Shown: positions 1 to 12,065, numbered from the stretch's first letter. The stretch is DNA of 64,000 bases from Gammaproteobacteria bacterium (GCA_965229565.1 OZ245888.1:1296639-1360638); one strand, 5' to 3'. Numbers and translations are program-made. The notes: a model not told the origin generated them from the letters alone.

Positions 1-399
1 CAGTGTCTTCTTGTTATTCAGGATCTCCTGCAAACTCTCGCCCATCTCGTATTCCATGACCATGTATGCGGTGTTGTTGGCTTCAAATACGTTACGGACC
101 CGCACAATGTTCGGGTGTTTGAACTGGCCCAGGGTGCGGGCTTCCTCTATGAATCGTTCCAGGCCCCAGTAATAGCGTTCCTGCTGTTGTTCTGATACCG
201 GGGAGACGGTGCCGCTCTTGGTGCGGATGGCCAGATCGATGGGCAGGTATTCCTTGATGGCAACCTCGTGTGCGAGGTTTCTATCATATGCAAGGTAAGT
301 AATGCCGAAACCGCCCTGGCCGATGATGTCGTGGATCTCGTACCAATGCAGTTTTTGTCCTTTCTTTAAAGCGCTGAGATGGCGTTTATTCTCACTCAT
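1..399 (-). CDS. Ser/Thr protein kinase, N-terminal part (gene runs off the window start)
   Basis: The reverse complement of 399..1 translates to MSENKRHLSALKKGQKLHWYEIHDIIGQGGFGITYLAYDRNLAHEVAIKEY... This contains a Hanks-kinase glycine loop (GQGGFG) and the VAIK lysine motif. It is not in the ORF track because it is truncated. Confidence 0.7.
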   Translation of the reverse strand, partial: MSENKRHLSALKKGQKLHWYEIHDIIGQGGFGITYLAYDRNLAHEVAIKEYLPIDLAIRTKSGTVSPVSEQQQERYYWGLERFIEEARTLGQFKHPNIVRVRNVFEANNTAYMVMEYEMGESLQEILNNKKTL

Positions 400-515
400 A
401 AGCTGTAGGTGATTCGCCCGGCTCGTATATTAATATAATTGAACAAATCCAGTAGCCTGTCCAAAGGTTAGCATTAGAAACTAATAAGTTACATTAGAAT
501 TCCACATTAAATCCT

Positions 516-869
516 TCATTGATCGATATGCAGGTAAATCTTATGGCCTACGATCTCGTGCCTGACCGGGACCAGGCTGGCGCCCAGGCATGGCCCCCGG
601 ATGCATAGACCATTATCAATCCTGAACAAGGCCCCGTGCGTGGCGCACTGAATGAGTTGCTCGCTGATATCGAGAAACTGGTGTGGTTGCCAGTTCAGGT
701 TGACACCAGTATGCGGACAACGGTTGATATAGCTGTATACCTGGGCCTGGTGATACACGAGAAAGCATTGTACTGGTTCACCATGCACCAATATTTCACA
801 TTCAAAGCACGATGACTGCTGTAGCTCGCTGATTGTGCACGCCAGGTGTGTTTCAGGTTGTGAAGGCAT
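516..869 (-). CDS. Rieske [2Fe-2S] domain protein
   Basis: The 117-aa product carries both Rieske boxes, CPHTG and CATHGA, with typical spacing. Confidence 0.65.
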   Translation of the reverse strand: MPSQPETHLACTISELQQSSCFECEILVHGEPVQCFLVYHQAQVYSYINRCPHTGVNLNWQPHQFLDISEQLIQCATHGALFRIDNGLCIRGPCLGASLVPVRHEIVGHKIYLHIDQ

Positions 870-885
870 GAAATAGTATCGCTCA

Positions 886-2121
886 ATGGACAGTAACGGC
901 CTTGTTCCAGTATACTTTTTCTCTATCCACGGGAGTAACCTTAAAGGTCACTCCTTTTTTTATGTGATAATTCGAGGCCCTTTTTTGAGTTTAAAAGCAT
1001 TATTAGCACTGGAAGACGGCACCCTGTTTCATGGTACAGGTATTGGCGCTGAAGGAGAGTCTGTCGGCGAGGTTGTTTTCAACACCGCCTTGACCGGGTA
1101 CCAGGAAATACTGACCGATCCTTCCTACTTCAAACAAATAGTCACGTTGACCCATCCGCATATTGGAAACACGGGAACCAACAGTGAAGACGAAGAGTCG
1201 TCTGCCCCTTGTGTGAGTGGCCTGGTTATCAGGGATTTGCCCCTGATAACGAGCAACTGGCGATCAACTGAATCCCTGTCGGAGTATCTCAAGCGGCATA
1301 ATATTGTCGCTATCGCCGATATCGACACGCGTAAGTTAACCCGTCACCTGCGTGAACAGGGTGCCTTGCGCGGTTGTATTGTTGCCGGTCAAGACATCGA
1401 TGAAAACAATGCAGTCAAACAGGCCAGGCAGTTTCCTGGTCTGGTTGGTATGGATCTGGCCAAAGAGGTAAGCACGCAGGAGCCTTACCAGTGGCAGGAG
1501 CGAACATGGGATGCAAAACATGGATTGAAAATGCCGCCCGTAGAAAAGATTTACAAGGTGACGGCCTACGATTTCGGCATCAAGCGTAATATCCTACGCA
1601 TCCTTGCAGACCTTGGTTGTGACCTGACTGTGGTCCCGGCACAGACACCGGCAGAAGAAGTGTTGGCAACCAAACCCGATGGCGTGTTTTTATCCAATGG
1701 TCCCGGTGACCCGGATCCCTGCGACTATGCCATCAAGGCCATCAAGCGTTTCGTCGACGAGGGTGTGCCCGTGTTCGGTATTTGCCTGGGCCATCAACTA
1801 CTGGCACTGGCACTGGGTGCAAAAACGGTAAAGATGAAATTTGGACATCACGGTGCCAACCACCCGGTAAAATCGGTGGCTGATGGCCGGGTTATGATTA
1901 GCAGCCAGAACCATGGTTTCGCCGTGGATATAAAGACCTTGCCGGATTCCCTTGAAGCCACCCATCATTCCCTGTTTGATGGTTCATTGCAGGGCATTCA
2001 TCACAAGGACAAGCCCGCTTTCAGTTTCCAGGGACACCCGGAAGCGAGTCCAGGCCCACATGATCTTAAACCTGTATTCGAACATTTTATTGAGTTGATG
2101 CAGGCCTATAAACAGTTGTAA
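886..2121 (+). CDS. carA: Carbamoyl-phosphate synthase small (glutamine amidotransferase) subunit. The true start is probably the in-frame TTG at 985.
   Basis: Conserved CarA N-terminus ([14 protein letters not shown]) and a class-I GATase C-terminus ([14 protein letters not shown]). The 33 residues before the TTG have no counterpart in CarA. Confidence 0.9.
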   Translation: MDSNGLVPVYFFSIHGSNLKGHSFFYVIIRGPFLSLKALLALEDGTLFHGTGIGAEGESVGEVVFNTALTGYQEILTDPSYFKQIVTLTHPHIGNTGTNSEDEESSAPCVSGLVIRDLPLITSNWRSTESLSEYLKRHNIVAIADIDTRKLTRHLREQGALRGCIVAGQDIDENNAVKQARQFPGLVGMDLAKEVSTQEPYQWQERTWDAKHGLKMPPVEKIYKVTAYDFGIKRNILRILADLGCDLTVVPAQTPAEEVLATKPDGVFLSNGPGDPDPCDYAIKAIKRFVDEGVPVFGICLGHQLLALALGAKTVKMKFGHHGANHPVKSVADGRVMISSQNHGFAVDIKTLPDSLEATHHSLFDGSLQGIHHKDKPAFSFQGHPEASPGPHDLKPVFEHFIELMQAYKQL

Positions 2122-2123
2122 TT

Positions 2124-5100
2124 ATGCCAAAACGAACAGACATAGACAGTATTCTCATTATTGGTGCAGGCCCGATTATCATCGGTCAGGCCTGTGAATT
2201 TGACTATTCAGGTGCCCAGGCCTGTAAGGCGCTGCGTGAAGAGGGTTACCGGGTTATCCTGGTCAACTCGAACCCAGCTACCATCATGACCGATCCGGAG
2301 ATGGCCGATGCGACTTACATTGAGCCGGTACATTGGCAAACGGTAGAAAACATTATTGCCAAGGAAAAACCGGACGCGCTGTTACCGACCATGGGCGGAC
2401 AGACCGCATTGAACTGCGCACTGGACCTGGATAAACACGGCGTGCTGAAAAAATACGGCGTTGAATTGATCGGTGCCAAGAAAGACGCAATCGACAAGGC
2501 CGAGGACCGCGACCGTTTCCGTGCCGCCATGAAAAAGATTGGCCTTGCGATGCCGTATTCAGAAGTGGTGAATACCATAGAAGAGGCCGTTGAAGTCATG
2601 GACAAGGTGGGTTTCCCGGCTATTGTCCGACCTTCCTTTACCATGGGTGGTACTGGTGGTGGTATTGCCTACAACCGTGACGAGTACATGGAACTGTGTA
2701 AACGCGGTATCGATGCCTCGCCGACCAACGAGATACAAATCGATAAATCGATTATCGGTTGGAAAGAATACGAGATGGAAGTGGTTCGTGATAACAAGGA
2801 CAACTGCATTATTATCTGCTCTATCGAAAACCTGGATCCCATGGGCGTGCACACCGGTGACTCGATCACGATTGCGCCGGCACAAACGTTGACCGACAAG
2901 GAATACCAGATCATGCGTGATGCGTCATTGGCCGTGTTACGCGAGATTGGTGTGGATACCGGCGGTTCCAATGTGCAATTCGCAGTGAACCCGGAAGATG
3001 GTGAATTGATCATCATCGAAATGAATCCACGCGTGTCTCGTTCATCGGCACTGGCATCGAAGGCAACCGGGTTTCCGATTGCCAAGGTCGCTGCAAAACT
3101 GGCGGTCGGCTATACCCTGGACGAACTGGATAACGAGATCACCGGTGGCGTTACCCCGGCTTCATTTGAGCCGAGTATCGATTACATTGTGACCAAGATC
3201 CCGCGCTTTACCTTTGAAAAATTCCCGCAGGCAGATGATCGCCTCAATACCCAGATGAAATCAGTCGGCGAGGTGATGGCGATTGGCCGTACCTTCCAGG
3301 AGTCCCTGCAAAAGGCCATACGCGGCCTGGAAACAGGTATGACCGGGTTGAATGAGATGCTGGAAGCAAATGATCCCGCCGCTATTGAAACGATTGCACG
3401 TGAATTGCGTGTTCCGCGTGCTGGCGAACGTCTGTGGTACGTGGCCGATGCCTTCAGGCACGGGTTAACACTGGAGCAGGTATTTGATATTTGCAGTATT
3501 GATCCCTGGTTCCTGGTACAGATAGAAGACCTGGTAAAGGAAGAAAGTGAAGTACGAGCCGGCGGTATAAAAAGTCTGGATAAAGATCGATTGCGGCAGT
3601 TAAAGCGCAAGGGATTTTCCGATGAGCGACTGGCTGAACTGACGGGCAATCAGGAAACCGATATCCGCAAATTACGTCAGAAAGATAATATCAGGCCGGT
3701 GTTCAAACGCGTGGATTCCTGTGCCGCTGAATTCGCCTCGACCACGGCCTACATGTATTCATCCTATGAAGACGAGTGTGAATCCGATCCTACCGAGAAA
3801 CAGAAAATCATGGTGCTCGGTGGAGGACCTAACCGTATAGGGCAGGGTATTGAGTTTGATTACTGCTGTGTCCAGGCTGCCTTTGCCATGCGCGAGGCAG
3901 GTTTCGAAACCATCATGGTTAACTGTAACCCGGAAACGGTTTCAACCGATTACGATACCTCCGATCGACTCTATTTCGAGCCTCTGACACTGGAGGATGT
4001 GCTTGAGATTATTCACGTTGAAAAACCATACGGCGTCATTATCCAGTATGGAGGCCAGACACCACTAAAACTTGCCCGTGACCTGGAAGCAGAAGGCGTA
4101 CCAATTATTGGTACCACGCCGGATTCGATTGACCTTGCCGAGGACCGCGAGCGTTTCCAGGAATTGCTCAACGATCTTGGCCTGAAACAACCCCCGAACA
4201 GGACAGCCAGAACGCTCGACGATGCTATAAAAAAGGCAGAAGAGATTGGTTATCCCATCGTGGTGCGTCCGTCCTATGTGCTCGGCGGCAGGGCCATGGA
4301 GATCGTCTTCAACGAGGATGACCTGAGAAACTACATGGACAACGCCGTCAAGGTTTCGCACAAATCGCCGGTGTTACTGGATCGCTTTCTCGACGATGCG
4401 ATTGAGGTTGATGTCGATGCCGTTTCAGATGGCAAGGATGTTTGTATAGCCGGGATCATGCAACACATTGAACAGGCGGGCGTGCATTCCGGTGACTCGG
4501 CCTGTTCACTGCCGCCCTACAGTTTAAGTGACGATATCCTGGACAAGCTTGCCGACCAGGTCGGAGCCATGGGTAGGGGTTTGAAAGTTATTGGATTAAT
4601 GAATACGCAGTTTGCCATCCAGGGTGATGACATCTACGTGCTCGAGGTTAACCCGCGTGCCTCAAGAACGATACCGTTCGTATCAAAGGCGACCGGGATG
4701 CCGATAGCCAAGATTGCCGTAAACTGCATGGTCGGCAATACCTTGTCTGCACAGGGGATCAGTGAAATTCCGGTGCCTGAATATTTTTCAGTGAAGGAAT
4801 CTGTGTTTCCTTTCATCAAGTTCCCGGGTGTTGACCCATTGCTGGGACCGGAAATGAAATCAACCGGTGAGGTCATGGGCGTTGGTAAATCTTTTGGTGA
4901 GGCCTTTTCCAAGGGGCAGCTTGCGGCTGGCGAAACGTTCCCTCTTTCAGGCAAGGCGTTTATCAGTGTTAAGGAACGTGATAAGCAGGATGCAATCAAG
5001 GTTGCAAAAGAACTCAGTGAAATGGGTTATACACTCTGCGCCACGCATGGTACCTGTCAGGCATTGACGGAAGCCGGTCTTGAATGCGAGCGTGTTAACA

Positions 5101-5348
5101 AGGTCAGGGAAGGCCAACCTCATATCGTGGACATGTTAAAGAACGATCAAATCGATCTCATTGTGAATACAACCGAAGGCAAGAAGGCGATCGCCGATTC
5201 TTTTTCAATCAGGCGAACGGCTTTACAACACAATGTGTTTTACAGCACAACCATGGCCGGTGCGATGGCTACGGTTGAAGCCCTTAAGAACAGGAACCAG
5301 GTTGCCGTGAATAGTCTTCAGGATTTGCATAAGGGAGTCATCGTATGA
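2124..5348 (+). CDS. carB: Carbamoyl-phosphate synthase large subunit
   Basis: 1074 aa with duplicated ATP-grasp halves, an [19 protein letters not shown] start and an MGS-like C-terminal domain. The start is 3 nt after carA. Confidence 0.95.
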   Translation: MPKRTDIDSILIIGAGPIIIGQACEFDYSGAQACKALREEGYRVILVNSNPATIMTDPEMADATYIEPVHWQTVENIIAKEKPDALLPTMGGQTALNCALDLDKHGVLKKYGVELIGAKKDAIDKAEDRDRFRAAMKKIGLAMPYSEVVNTIEEAVEVMDKVGFPAIVRPSFTMGGTGGGIAYNRDEYMELCKRGIDASPTNEIQIDKSIIGWKEYEMEVVRDNKDNCIIICSIENLDPMGVHTGDSITIAPAQTLTDKEYQIMRDASLAVLREIGVDTGGSNVQFAVNPEDGELIIIEMNPRVSRSSALASKATGFPIAKVAAKLAVGYTLDELDNEITGGVTPASFEPSIDYIVTKIPRFTFEKFPQADDRLNTQMKSVGEVMAIGRTFQESLQKAIRGLETGMTGLNEMLEANDPAAIETIARELRVPRAGERLWYVADAFRHGLTLEQVFDICSIDPWFLVQIEDLVKEESEVRAGGIKSLDKDRLRQLKRKGFSDERLAELTGNQETDIRKLRQKDNIRPVFKRVDSCAAEFASTTAYMYSSYEDECESDPTEKQKIMVLGGGPNRIGQGIEFDYCCVQAAFAMREAGFETIMVNCNPETVSTDYDTSDRLYFEPLTLEDVLEIIHVEKPYGVIIQYGGQTPLKLARDLEAEGVPIIGTTPDSIDLAEDRERFQELLNDLGLKQPPNRTARTLDDAIKKAEEIGYPIVVRPSYVLGGRAMEIVFNEDDLRNYMDNAVKVSHKSPVLLDRFLDDAIEVDVDAVSDGKDVCIAGIMQHIEQAGVHSGDSACSLPPYSLSDDILDKLADQVGAMGRGLKVIGLMNTQFAIQGDDIYVLEVNPRASRTIPFVSKATGMPIAKIAVNCMVGNTLSAQGISEIPVPEYFSVKESVFPFIKFPGVDPLLGPEMKSTGEVMGVGKSFGEAFSKGQLAAGETFPLSGKAFISVKERDKQDAIKVAKELSEMGYTLCATHGTCQALTEAGLECERVNKVREGQPHIVDMLKNDQIDLIVNTTEGKKAIADSFSIRRTALQHNVFYSTTMAGAMATVEALKNRNQVAVNSLQDLHKGVIV

Positions 5349-5818
5349 CGACGCCGTTAACGGTAAAAGGTGCAGAAAAACTCAAGAAACAATTGCACGA
5401 GCTAAAGACGGTAGAGAGACCTAGAATTACCAAGGCCATAGCCGAGGCTCGAGCACATGGCGACCTCAGCGAAAATGCCGAATACCATGCTGCGCGTGAA
5501 CAACAGAGTTTTACTGAGGGTCGGATCAATTCCATTGAATCTACCCTTGCCGATGCCCAGATCATTGATGTCACCAAACTCGAAGCCGATGGCCGCGTCG
5601 TGTTCGGCGCAACGGTAGCCCTGATGAACCTGGACAACGACGACGAGGTTTCCTATCAAATCGTTGGCGAGGAAGAGGCCGATATCAAGGAAAAGCAGAT
5701 TTCAATTACTTCACCTATCGCCCGGGCCCTGATAGGCAAGGCCGAGGGTGACGTTGTCGAGGTCAATGCCCCGGGTGGCGTGGTCGAATACGAAATTCTC
5801 GAAGTGAAGTATATCTAG
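5345..5818 (+). CDS. greA: Transcription elongation factor GreA
   Basis: 157 aa, almost collinear with E. coli GreA ([22 protein letters not shown]). ATGA overlap with the carB stop. Confidence 0.9.
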   Translation: MTTPLTVKGAEKLKKQLHELKTVERPRITKAIAEARAHGDLSENAEYHAAREQQSFTEGRINSIESTLADAQIIDVTKLEADGRVVFGATVALMNLDNDDEVSYQIVGEEEADIKEKQISITSPIARALIGKAEGDVVEVNAPGGVVEYEILEVKYI

Positions 5819-5850
5819 CGGAATATTCCTGCCTGTCACCGGTTTCCCAG

Positions 5851-6471
5851 ATGCCGAAAAAGAAGCCAAACAAGCGCTGGCTGCAGGAGCAAAATACCGA
5901 CATTTATGTCAAGCAGGCGCGCGACTCACACTATCGCTCGCGTGCCGTCTACAAACTCCAGGAAATTGACAAAAAAGACAAACTGTTACGACACGGTGCC
6001 TGCGTGGTGGATCTCGGTGCCGCGCCCGGCAGCTGGTCGCAGTACGCGGCGGAGCGGGTAGGTGAGTCTGGCCGGGTCATTGCGGTCGACCTGCTGGAAA
6101 TGGAACCGATAATGCATGTTCATATACTACAAGGTGATTTTACCGAGACGGAGACTGAACAGTTATTGCTGGCGACATTGGCGCAGCGCCAGGTAGACCT
6201 TGTAATCTCTGATATGGCCCCCAATTTAACGGGTATCAGGGACACTGATCAGGCCCGTAGCCTGGCATTGGCGGAACTGGTTCTCTATTTTTGTCAGCGG
6301 GCACTGAAGCCAGGTGGAGATTTATTGATTAAACTGTTTGAAGGTGCCGGCACCAATGAATTTCGACAGCAGTTACGGGAACATTTTAAACAGGTTTTGA
6401 CTCGAAAACCTGGAGCGTCACGTGATAAATCACGTGAATTCTATGTTTTGGCACGTTCTTATGCGTTATAG
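5851..6471 (+). CDS. rlmE: 23S rRNA (uridine-2'-O)-methyltransferase RlmE (FtsJ)
   Basis: 206 aa with an FtsJ SAM motif (VVDLGAAPGSWSQY). Sits in the conserved position before ftsH. Confidence 0.9.
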   Translation: MPKKKPNKRWLQEQNTDIYVKQARDSHYRSRAVYKLQEIDKKDKLLRHGACVVDLGAAPGSWSQYAAERVGESGRVIAVDLLEMEPIMHVHILQGDFTETETEQLLLATLAQRQVDLVISDMAPNLTGIRDTDQARSLALAELVLYFCQRALKPGGDLLIKLFEGAGTNEFRQQLREHFKQVLTRKPGASRDKSREFYVLARSYAL

Positions 6472-6515
6472 TGTTTACAGAAGGATAAGTTACTTTATTT
6501 ATAGAGGTTTTTGAC

Positions 6516-8447
6516 TTGAACGATATGGCAAAAAATCTGGTGCTGTGGGTAATCATTGCCCTGGTACTAATGATGGTATTCAAGAATTTTGGTAACCCGG
6601 CAATGTCTGGTGAGGTTCCCTACTCGCAGTTCGTATCGGACGTCAAAACCGGTCGCATTGTGTCCGTCAATATTGAGGGTAATTCTATTACCGGTCGCTA
6701 TGCAGATGGAAATCGCTTTACCACCTACAGCCCTGAAACCAATAACGAGGCGTTAATTGGTACGTTGTTGAGCAACAACGTCGAGATCAAGGGTATGGAA
6801 CCCAACCGTAATTCTTTCTGGGCCCATGCGTTAATTTCATGGTTCCCCATTCTGCTATTACTGGGCATCTGGATTTATTTTATGCGGCAGATGCAGGGCG
6901 GCGGCGGCGGCCGTGGTGCCTTGTCATTTGGCAAGAGCCGTGCACGCATGTTGAGTGAAGACCAGGTCAAGGTCACTTTTAACGACGTGGCTGGTGTTGA
7001 GGAAGCCAAGGACGAAGTGGCGGAGCTGGTCGAATTTCTAAGAGACCCCGGCAAGTTTCAAAAACTCGGTGGCAAGATTCCCTCCGGCGTATTGATGGTC
7101 GGTTCTCCTGGTACGGGTAAAACACTGCTGGCCAAGGCCATTGCCGGTGAAGCCAAGGTACCGTTTTTCACTATTTCCGGCTCTGACTTCGTGGAGATGT
7201 TTGTAGGTGTCGGCGCGTCGCGAGTTCGTGACATGTTTGAGCAGGCCAAGAAACACGCGCCATGTATTATTTTTATCGACGAAATTGATGCCGTTGGTCG
7301 ACACCGTGGTGCCGGCCTTGGTGGCGGTCATGACGAGCGTGAACAGACCCTTAACCAGTTGCTGGTCGAGATGGATGGCTTTGAAGGTAATGAAGGAGTC
7401 ATCGTTATCGCGGCGACCAACCGTCCTGACGTACTGGATCCGGCGTTACTGCGCCCCGGCCGCTTCGACCGCCAGGTGGTCGTACCCTTACCGGATATTC
7501 GTGGTCGCGAACAAATACTGAAAGTGCACATGCGCAAGGTCGCCGTGGCTGATGATGTGAAGCCTGGCATCATGGCGCGTGGTACTCCCGGCTTTTCCGG
7601 TGCGGACCTCGCCAACCTTGTGAACGAGGCGGCGCTATTTGCCGCGCGCGGCAACAAGAAACTGGTTGATATGGAAGATTTCGAGCGTGCCAAGGACAAG
7701 ATCATGATGGGTGCTGAACGAAAATCGATGGTGATGGGCGAGCAAGAGAAGAAACTGACTGCCTACCATGAGGCCGGGCATGCCATTGTTGGCAGACTTG
7801 TACCGTCACACGATCCGGTTTACAAGGTCTCCATCATTCCGCGTGGTCGGGCACTGGGTGTTACCATGTTTCTGCCCGAGGAAGACCGGTTGAGTTATAC
7901 CCGTGAGTTACTCGAAAGCCAGCTCTCCAGCCTGTTTGGTGGACGTATTGCGGAAGAGTTGATCTTTGGTAAGGATAAGGTCACCACGGGTGCTTCCAAC
8001 GATATTGAGAGGGCTACCCAGCTTTCCAGGAACATGGTCACCAAGTGGGGTCTTTCCGAAAAACTCGGCCCGCTGACCTACAGCGAAGATGACGGCGAAG
8101 TATTCCTTGGTCATTCGGTTACCCAGCACAAGGCGATCTCGGATGAAACTGCACACACTATTGATGAGGAAATTCGCCACATCATTGACCGTAACTACAA
8201 ACGTGCGGAGGAAATCCTGACTGAAAACAAGGATAAGCTGCACCTGATGGCCGAGGCCTTGATCAAGTACGAGACTATCGATGCCGATCAGATCGACGAC
8301 ATTATGAATGGCAAAGTGCCCCGCCCACCAGCCAACTGGGACGAACCCGATGATGCGAGTGGCGGTACGCCAGAGGTAGTTACTGGTGCCGAAGCCAAGG
8401 GCAAGGACGATGCGCCCTCCGGTGAGCCACCGGCAAAACCCGCCTGA
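6516..8447 (+). CDS. ftsH: ATP-dependent zinc metalloprotease FtsH. The ATG at 6525 (MAKNLVLW) is the likelier start.
   Basis: Two N-terminal TM segments, an AAA Walker A (GSPGTGKT), the SRH region, an HEAGH zinc site and an acidic C-tail. Confidence 0.95.
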   Translation: MNDMAKNLVLWVIIALVLMMVFKNFGNPAMSGEVPYSQFVSDVKTGRIVSVNIEGNSITGRYADGNRFTTYSPETNNEALIGTLLSNNVEIKGMEPNRNSFWAHALISWFPILLLLGIWIYFMRQMQGGGGGRGALSFGKSRARMLSEDQVKVTFNDVAGVEEAKDEVAELVEFLRDPGKFQKLGGKIPSGVLMVGSPGTGKTLLAKAIAGEAKVPFFTISGSDFVEMFVGVGASRVRDMFEQAKKHAPCIIFIDEIDAVGRHRGAGLGGGHDEREQTLNQLLVEMDGFEGNEGVIVIAATNRPDVLDPALLRPGRFDRQVVVPLPDIRGREQILKVHMRKVAVADDVKPGIMARGTPGFSGADLANLVNEAALFAARGNKKLVDMEDFERAKDKIMMGAERKSMVMGEQEKKLTAYHEAGHAIVGRLVPSHDPVYKVSIIPRGRALGVTMFLPEEDRLSYTRELLESQLSSLFGGRIAEELIFGKDKVTTGASNDIERATQLSRNMVTKWGLSEKLGPLTYSEDDGEVFLGHSVTQHKAISDETAHTIDEEIRHIIDRNYKRAEEILTENKDKLHLMAEALIKYETIDADQIDDIMNGKVPRPPANWDEPDDASGGTPEVVTGAEAKGKDDAPSGEPPAKPA

Positions 8448-8457
8448 TTACTCTTTA

Positions 8458-8489
8458 CATGCCATGAAGCAGTACTGCTTCATGGCATG
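8458..8489. terminator. 32-bp perfect palindrome (16-bp arms, no spacer) between ftsH and glmM. Probably a terminator, attenuator or RNA processing hairpin.
   Basis: ACATGCCATGAAGCAGT|ACTGCTTCATGGCATG checked base by base. It lies 11 nt after the ftsH stop. Confidence 0.5.
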
Positions 8490-8521
8490 CTATCTTCATA
8501 TCCAGCGTCCGCTGCAGTATA

Positions 8522-9880
8522 TTGTTGCGCACCATGACCAATACTAAGAAACGGCAATACTTCGGCACGGATGGAATTCGTGGCACCGTCGGTGATGGTG
8601 TTATCAACCCGGACTTTATCATGCGCCTCGGCTGGGCAGCTGGCCGCGTGCTGGCCAAGAAGGGCAGTGGTCCTGTCCTGATAGGCAAGGACACGCGAAT
8701 CTCCGGTTACATGTTCGAGTCAGCACTGGAGGCCGGGTTGTCTGCCGCCGGTGTAGATATTCGCCTGTTGGGTCCCATGCCTACTCCCGGCATCGCCTTT
8801 CTAACAAAAAGTACCCGTGCCCAGGCCGGCATCGTTATCAGCGCCTCGCATAACCCTTATTACGATAACGGCATCAAGTTTTTTTCTGCTGCGGGCAAAA
8901 AACTTGATGATCAAACCGAGCTGGACATAGAGGAGGAGTTATCGAAATCTATTAAATCGGTTGAATCCCGTTTCCTTGGTAAGGCACGTCGCATAAGTGA
9001 CGCACCCCGACGGTACATAGAGTTTTGCAAGTCAAAGGTGAGTAATGGTTTTGATTTGTCCGGCTTACGTGTCGTTATCGACTGTGCCAACGGCGCTACC
9101 TATCACATTGCTCCCGGCGTCTTCGAGGAACTGGGCGCCGAGGTCATCGCGCTATCTGACAAGCCGGACGGTATCAACATAAATGAAGAATGTGGTGCGA
9201 CTTCGCCAAAATTATTGCAGAGAAAGGTCAAGGAAACGGGCGCTGATGTCGGCATTGCACTGGATGGTGATGGCGATCGCCTGATCATGGTCGATCATGA
9301 AAGTAAGGTTATTGACGGTGATGACATACTTTATTTTATCAGCCAGGCACACCCACAGCAGTTGAATGGTGCAGTGGTTGGCACCGTTATGTCTAACCTT
9401 GGGCTTGAGCATGCCCTGGGTGAACTTGATCTGAACCTGCTCAGGGCCGCTGTTGGTGATCGATATGTACTTGAGCTCCTGCAACAGAAGAACCTGGTTC
9501 TGGGTGGTGAGACCTCGGGCCATATTATCAACCTGAACATGTCAACCACCGGCGATGGCATTATTGCTGCCTTGCTTGTGCTGGAATCAATGTTCCTGAC
9601 TGGCAAAACGTTATCTGAACTCAGAACAGGGATGCAGAAGTTTCCGCAGATCATGCGCAACGTCAGGTTGCAGGAAAAATTTGATCTGTCAGATAACCCG
9701 GAGATCGTTGCTGCTGTAAAAGATGTCGAATCCACGCTGGGCAAATCCGGTCGCGTTGTCCTGAGACCTTCCGGTACCGAGCCGCTGGTACGGGTCATGA
9801 TCGAGGGTGAAAATGAAAAACAGGTAGAGATGCTGGTCGATCAGTTAACTCAAACCGTCGAAAGTATCGTTAATAATTAA
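8522..9880 (+). CDS. glmM: Phosphoglucosamine mutase
   Basis: 452 aa with the phosphoserine-loop motif SASHNPYYDNGIKFF and a DGDGDR metal site. Confidence 0.9.
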   Translation: MLRTMTNTKKRQYFGTDGIRGTVGDGVINPDFIMRLGWAAGRVLAKKGSGPVLIGKDTRISGYMFESALEAGLSAAGVDIRLLGPMPTPGIAFLTKSTRAQAGIVISASHNPYYDNGIKFFSAAGKKLDDQTELDIEEELSKSIKSVESRFLGKARRISDAPRRYIEFCKSKVSNGFDLSGLRVVIDCANGATYHIAPGVFEELGAEVIALSDKPDGININEECGATSPKLLQRKVKETGADVGIALDGDGDRLIMVDHESKVIDGDDILYFISQAHPQQLNGAVVGTVMSNLGLEHALGELDLNLLRAAVGDRYVLELLQQKNLVLGGETSGHIINLNMSTTGDGIIAALLVLESMFLTGKTLSELRTGMQKFPQIMRNVRLQEKFDLSDNPEIVAAVKDVESTLGKSGRVVLRPSGTEPLVRVMIEGENEKQVEMLVDQLTQTVESIVNN

Positions 9881-9883
9881 TCA

Positions 9884-10234
9884 CTAGTCGAAATCCAAAC
9901 CCTTGTAGAGTTCCTCGCTAAACCCGATAGTGTAATTACCGTTGATATCAAGCACAGGTCGCTTGATCAGAGTAGGAGTTGCTATCAGCAATTTAATCGT
10001 GTTCTTGCGAGAGTCCAGTTGCTTTTGCTTTTCTGACAACTTGCGCCAGCTGAGGCCGCGTTTATTGATGAGCATTTCCTCACCAACCTGATCAAGGAAA
10101 CTGTCTACCATGCCGGTATCGATACCGTCCTTGCGGAAATCATGGAAGGCATAGATCACGCTATTGGTATCCAGCCATTTACGCGCTTTTTTTACCGTGT
10201 CACAGTTGCTGATGCCGTAAAGCGTGATCGCCAT
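9884..10234 (-). CDS. ArsC/Spx-family protein (YffB-like)
   Basis: 116 aa with MAITLYGISNCDTVKKARKWL, an ArsC-family thioredoxin-like fold that keeps the N-terminal Cys. Confidence 0.65.
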   Translation of the reverse strand: MAITLYGISNCDTVKKARKWLDTNSVIYAFHDFRKDGIDTGMVDSFLDQVGEEMLINKRGLSWRKLSEKQKQLDSRKNTIKLLIATPTLIKRPVLDINGNYTIGFSEELYKGLDFD

Positions 10235-10241
10235 GCCTGTT

Positions 10242-11075
10242 TTAGGATTCGCTTACAGATCCACGCAGGATTTCGTTGATGCCCACCTTGCTACGTGTCT
10301 TCGCATCCACGGTCTTGACGATCACGGCACAGTACAGGCTATATTTTCCATCCTTGGATGGCAGGTTACCGGACACAACCACTGAGCCAGGTGGAACATA
10401 GCCATAGCTGATCTCACCGGTCTCGCGATTGTATATGCGTGTACTTTGTCCAATGTAAACGCCCATGGAGATAACCGAGCCTTCACCAATGATACAACCT
10501 TCAACCACTTCCGAGCGGGCACCGATAAAGCAATTATCCTCAATGATAGTAGGATTTGCCTGCAGCGGTTCCAGTACACCACCAATACCCACACCGCCGG
10601 ATAAATGCACGTTCTTTCCGATCTGTGCACAGGAGCCAACGGTAGCCCAGGTATCGACCATGGTGCCGCTATCGACATAGGCACCGATGTTGACGAAACT
10701 CGGCATCAATACCACGTTTTGTCCAATATAACTGCCGCGCCTGACGGTGGCTGTCGGTACAACGCGAGCACCGGTTTCTATGAAATGAGTTTTCGTATAA
10801 CCATAAAACTTGTTCGGGATCTTGTCATAATAGTTCGTGTGACCACCCTGGATTACCACGTTGTTATCAAGGATGAACGACATTAATACGGCTTTTTTTA
10901 GCCATTGATGAACCACCCATTTACCATCTATTTTTTCCGCAATACGTAGCTGACCACTATCGAGTTGCCAGAGAATATTTTCGACGGCTTCCTTGATTTC
11001 TTTACTGGCCTTGCCCGACTCGAGCTGTGCACGATTTTCAAATTGATCGTTTATTAGTTGTTCCAAATCACTCAT
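10242..11075 (-). CDS. dapD: 2,3,4,5-tetrahydropyridine-2,6-dicarboxylate N-succinyltransferase
   Basis: 277 aa, collinear with E. coli DapD including the hexapeptide-repeat region ([42 protein letters not shown]). Confidence 0.9.
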   Translation of the reverse strand: MSDLEQLINDQFENRAQLESGKASKEIKEAVENILWQLDSGQLRIAEKIDGKWVVHQWLKKAVLMSFILDNNVVIQGGHTNYYDKIPNKFYGYTKTHFIETGARVVPTATVRRGSYIGQNVVLMPSFVNIGAYVDSGTMVDTWATVGSCAQIGKNVHLSGGVGIGGVLEPLQANPTIIEDNCFIGARSEVVEGCIIGEGSVISMGVYIGQSTRIYNRETGEISYGYVPPGSVVVSGNLPSKDGKYSLYCAVIVKTVDAKTRSKVGINEILRGSVSES

Positions 11076-11153
11076 TTCCTGGTTCCTGGTAGTGAATTAA
11101 ATTTTTTTAATTGCGGATTTGCAAAGAAGTTTGCTCAAAAACCGCGTAAGTAT

Positions 11154-12065
11154 ATGCTATCGACCATGTTTCCCCAACCGTCTGCTGTACTGTTTCCTGC
11201 ATTTTCCTGCGCCATTGCCGCCTTGCTCTGGGGCGTTTTATGGTACCCGCTGCGATTACTGGAGAAAAACGGTGTTCCGGGACTGTGGGCGACCTTGCTG
11301 ATTTATATTGTGGCCTTGCTAGCGGTCATTATTCCCTGTTGGCGGTTAAGACAGCAATTCATGCACCAGAAAGTCAATTATACACTGCTGGCGCTGGTTG
11401 CGGGCTGGACCAACCTGGCATTTATTCTTGCCATGCTGGAAGGTGAGGTCGTGCGCGTCTTGTTGCTGTTTTACCTGTCACCCGTATGGGCCATGTTGAT
11501 GGCCCGGTTGATTCTCGGGGAAAAAATCAAAGTACCTGGCCTGGTGGCCCTGGTGCTGGCCATGATTGGGGCAGTCATCATGCTTTGGCATCCCCATTTC
11601 TTTTCTACACCCCTCAGCCTCGCAGACTGCTACGCCATCACCGCGGGCATGGCATTCGCTTCGACCAACGTCTTGATAAGGCGAATAGGGCATGTGCACT
11701 GGAGCCTGAAACTGGGTTCAGCCTGGATTGGCGTAGTCATAATCAGCGCTATCGGACTGGTTCTCAGTTTCGAGGCTGTGCCGGATTTCAACGGTATGAC
11801 CCTGTCGCTGATACTGTTACTGGGTTTCCCGTTTATGTTCATCATGACATGGACAGCGCAATACGGTGTCACGCATCTCCCTGTGCAGACATCATCCATT
11901 ATTTTCCTGCTGGAGATTATCGCGGGTGCCGTCTCTGCGGCCTGGCTAACCACTGAAGTGCTGAGTCGCGCTGAATACGTGGGCGGTGTACTTATCATCG
12001 CTGCAGGCTTGATCGGGGTTATAAAAAGACAGCGTGCATATGTAACCACTCGATACTCGTCCTGA
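11154..12065 (+). CDS. DMT-superfamily (EamA-like) membrane transporter. The track ORF begins at 11058 but overlaps dapD, so the internal Met at 11154 is preferred.
   Basis: About 10 predicted TM helices in two repeated halves, with no soluble domain. Confidence 0.55.
   Translation: MLSTMFPQPSAVLFPAFSCAIAALLWGVLWYPLRLLEKNGVPGLWATLLIYIVALLAVIIPCWRLRQQFMHQKVNYTLLALVAGWTNLAFILAMLEGEVVRVLLLFYLSPVWAMLMARLILGEKIKVPGLVALVLAMIGAVIMLWHPHFFSTPLSLADCYAITAGMAFASTNVLIRRIGHVHWSLKLGSAWIGVVIISAIGLVLSFEAVPDFNGMTLSLILLLGFPFMFIMTWTAQYGVTHLPVQTSSIIFLLEIIAGAVSAAWLTTEVLSRAEYVGGVLIIAAGLIGVIKRQRAYVTTRYSS

Noticed and set aside
886-984. N-terminal 33-codon extension of carA from the ATG at 886
   Set aside because: No counterpart in CarA proteins. 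The conserved N-terminus begins at the in-frame TTG at 985.
5819-5830. 10-bp palindrome GGAATATTCC just after greA
   Set aside because: Too short, and with no flanking U-tract, to call a terminator or an operator.
8455-8694. 79-aa minus-strand ORF spanning the ftsH-glmM palindrome and the glmM start
   Set aside because: It overlaps the glmM coding start in antisense and has no RBS. The region is better explained by the palindrome.
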